DNA of 62,902 bases, counting the filler, from Sphacelaria rigidula (lineage: Eukaryota): the NCBI GenBank assembly GCA_964200075.2. It is 9 parts of 9 records of this genome, joined end to end, with 100 filler letters (N's around TTAATTAATTAA, not from the genome) between each part and the next. Parts side by side here need not be neighbours in the genome. Positions count along the whole stretch, not along the records: positions 56,003 to 62,902 come from CAXNAA020017507.1; 8 more parts are not named here. One strand, given 5' to 3'. A program made the position numbers and the translations under genes. Position 1 is the stretch's first letter, and every line of letters starts with the position of its first letter. Below are positions 60,651-62,902 of the stretch, one piece after another. The notes under the pieces are model-generated. The model did not search any database and was not told the origin of the DNA. It saw only the letters and a program-made list of their open reading frames with translations.

Positions 60651-62902
60651 ACGCGCACTTCGGCTGGTTTACACTTATTCTCTCTCGAGATTCTCCACTG
60701 TTGGCGGCGCCACCTCTTGGAACTAACATCACGCCTCGTTTATTCTTTCGGTCGAACAAGAACTACTGAGAGAGACCCTTGTGGTTGAGCCGTTGTAGAT
60801 AACGCCAAGTGTTGGCATCCGTGCATTTTTTTCGATACTTGGTCTACCGTATGTATCAAGTTCGTTTTTATTCTTGTCAAATACGCTACGGATCTATCCC
60901 AACCCGGCCATCACACATAGTGGTCCGTTTTCCTGATTTCCACTCGAGGTCATTCCACACGGACACTCGACACCGCGAGTGGAACTCAAGCGTTGAGAGC
61001 AGAAGTAGTACAACAAGTAGCAGCCATGAGAATACAGACAGCCATTAGTCGAATAATGATGTCTGCTTATATCGGTTGTTAATTACGTCTTTAGTCGGTG
61101 GCTCTGCGGTGCCCGCTGGTGTGTGTCTGTATCTACTCTACTACCCTGAATCGCTTGGATTTTGTTTTTTGCTATTTTTCTTAATCCTTTTATTTTCTTG
61201 TTTTTGTCTTAGATTGGCCGTTTCTTTTTGTGCTTTGCTTTTTTGTTGACTTTTTTTTTTCACGTCTTAGTGTACCATGCATGTCGTTCTGTTCGATCTT
61301 TTCTGTTCCTTCTTTTTCTTCAGCGAGTGCTTCAGCTTTGTTTTTTTCTTGGGTACGTCTATCATGTAACCACGGCTGGACCCCTGGGGGGTCAGTTAAA
61401 GTGCAACAATCAATGAAATCATATCAATAGGGTCAGGTTCTCGGCGTTGTGTCTACCCGAGCCAACTAGGCATTAGACATCAACGATGGCGAAATGGGGG
61501 TACTCAAGGGGCTCCGAAGCCCAGGAGTCCTTCTTGGGGGAGGCCGGGGGATCGGGAACTTCACTCGAGGGATGGGGTGGGGGGCGGTAGCTGGCGAATC
61601 CTGTTCACCCCTGATTACACTGTCGTTTTTCAGTATCTACTAGCACGTTTGTGGAACCCCTTCTCCCTCCCCCGTTCCCGCTTCACCCTACCCAATACCC
61701 ACAACGCACCCCCCAAGCCCATGGACATGTAGACGCCCCAGCCTGCGGGGTCGAAGTTCCTTGTTTCTTGTGTTATCTTCGCCATACTTTCAGAACCTGC
61801 CCTCCGTCGGAACGAGTGCGTAGTCTCAAGGCATCATTACAATCCATCTTCCCTCGGGGTACAGGTCTCTGCGCAAGACATTTTCCCACCGAAGCCATTT
61901 GATAAAGGTCGGCCATTATTTTATTGTTTTTCGTATCTCTTGTCTTCATTGTTTTTTTTCGTTTCTTTATTTCTATCTTTATTCTTTGTAGTCCACTCTG
62001 TGTATATATGTGTTACCTTTTTCTGATCTTTTCTTTTTCTTCTGCGAGTGTTTCGGTTTTACCTTTTCTCGGGTACATACAGTAGCTGTTTCAAATTTGG
62101 GTGTATAATAACATGCTCTTACTAGCTGTGCAGACGGAAGCCAGTCGAGTAGAGCAACGAAAGCTCCAGATTGCAGCTGACGCACCCCTCTGCACCACGC
62201 AAGCAACAGTTCGGTCACCACCATAGGTATCTTTTTTCACCCCGCATTTCAAAAAGGTCTCCACAAGTTTTTGATATATCTCTCACACACACCCCAACTG
62301 GCCTGCGGCAGGCTCTTGTGCTCATGTCGGGTAAAATCAACGATGAATAACACCCCCCAAGTTCAAATTGGATCATTATTTTTGCCGCGCAGCGCACCGT
62401 CCTTGCTGGCATGTGTGTGACAGAAAACAGTAGTAGTAGCAGTGACGGGAACATTGCCTAGTTTTTCAGCGCACAGAAGCGCGTCCTGTCCAAAAAGAGA
62501 GGCAGAGAGAAATCGATCTTCGCATTGGTGACCTCCACAGACAAAGAGACGTAATTTCTCCGCAGCTCGATGTACTTTGGGGATACCTACAGGCACATGA
62601 GAAATTCGGCACGTGCTGGTCACATGCATGATGCAAGTCTTTCGAGCAATTGGTAATCGCCCAGCGAGGGCACATAAAGGACACGGGCGAGGAGCTTCCT
62701 CTCTGTCGTTGCTTCTCTCTCTGGGGATATCGGCATCGACACGCGTGTACACCGCAGTCGTTCGATGCGTTTAGCCACAACTAATAGCCGATTTTAAATT
62801 TCGGGGTCCATACAAAATATGGGGTTGAAGTGGCATTTATCTCTTGCACGGAAGACCCGAAACACTAGGGACCTAGCCAAGCCATCTTCCCCCCCAAATG
62901 AC

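Overview
This window is not one locus. It is nine unrelated contigs of about 6.9 kb joined by artificial 100-nt spacers (N44-TTAATTAATTAA-N44) at 6902-7001, 13903-14002, 20903-21002, 27903-28002, 34903-35002, 41903-42002, 48903-49002 and 55903-56002. The DNA is eukaryotic, intron-rich and dense in transposons. The source is most plausibly a brown alga or related photosynthetic stramenopile; this is inferred from the flagellar dynein, plastid CSP41, short exons in long GT-AG introns and CCCTAA repeats. Host genes appear only as spliced fragments: five exons of an axonemal inner-arm dynein heavy chain, four exons of the glutamate 5-kinase domain of P5CS, one exon of CSP41b, the last three exons of a coiled-coil protein, and a few weaker exons. 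Most of the rest is mobile DNA: a decayed RTEX-like LINE whose 3' ends finish in poly(C); a gag-only Ty1/copia-type LTR element split over two contigs; a decayed XPG/PIN-nuclease plus Cys-rich transposase relic (Academ-like); a tRNA-derived SINE with a (CA)n tail; and piggyBac-like, Harbinger-like and other MITEs and foldbacks. No rRNA, intact tRNA or CRISPR array was found. All family assignments come from motif recognition by eye, not database searches.
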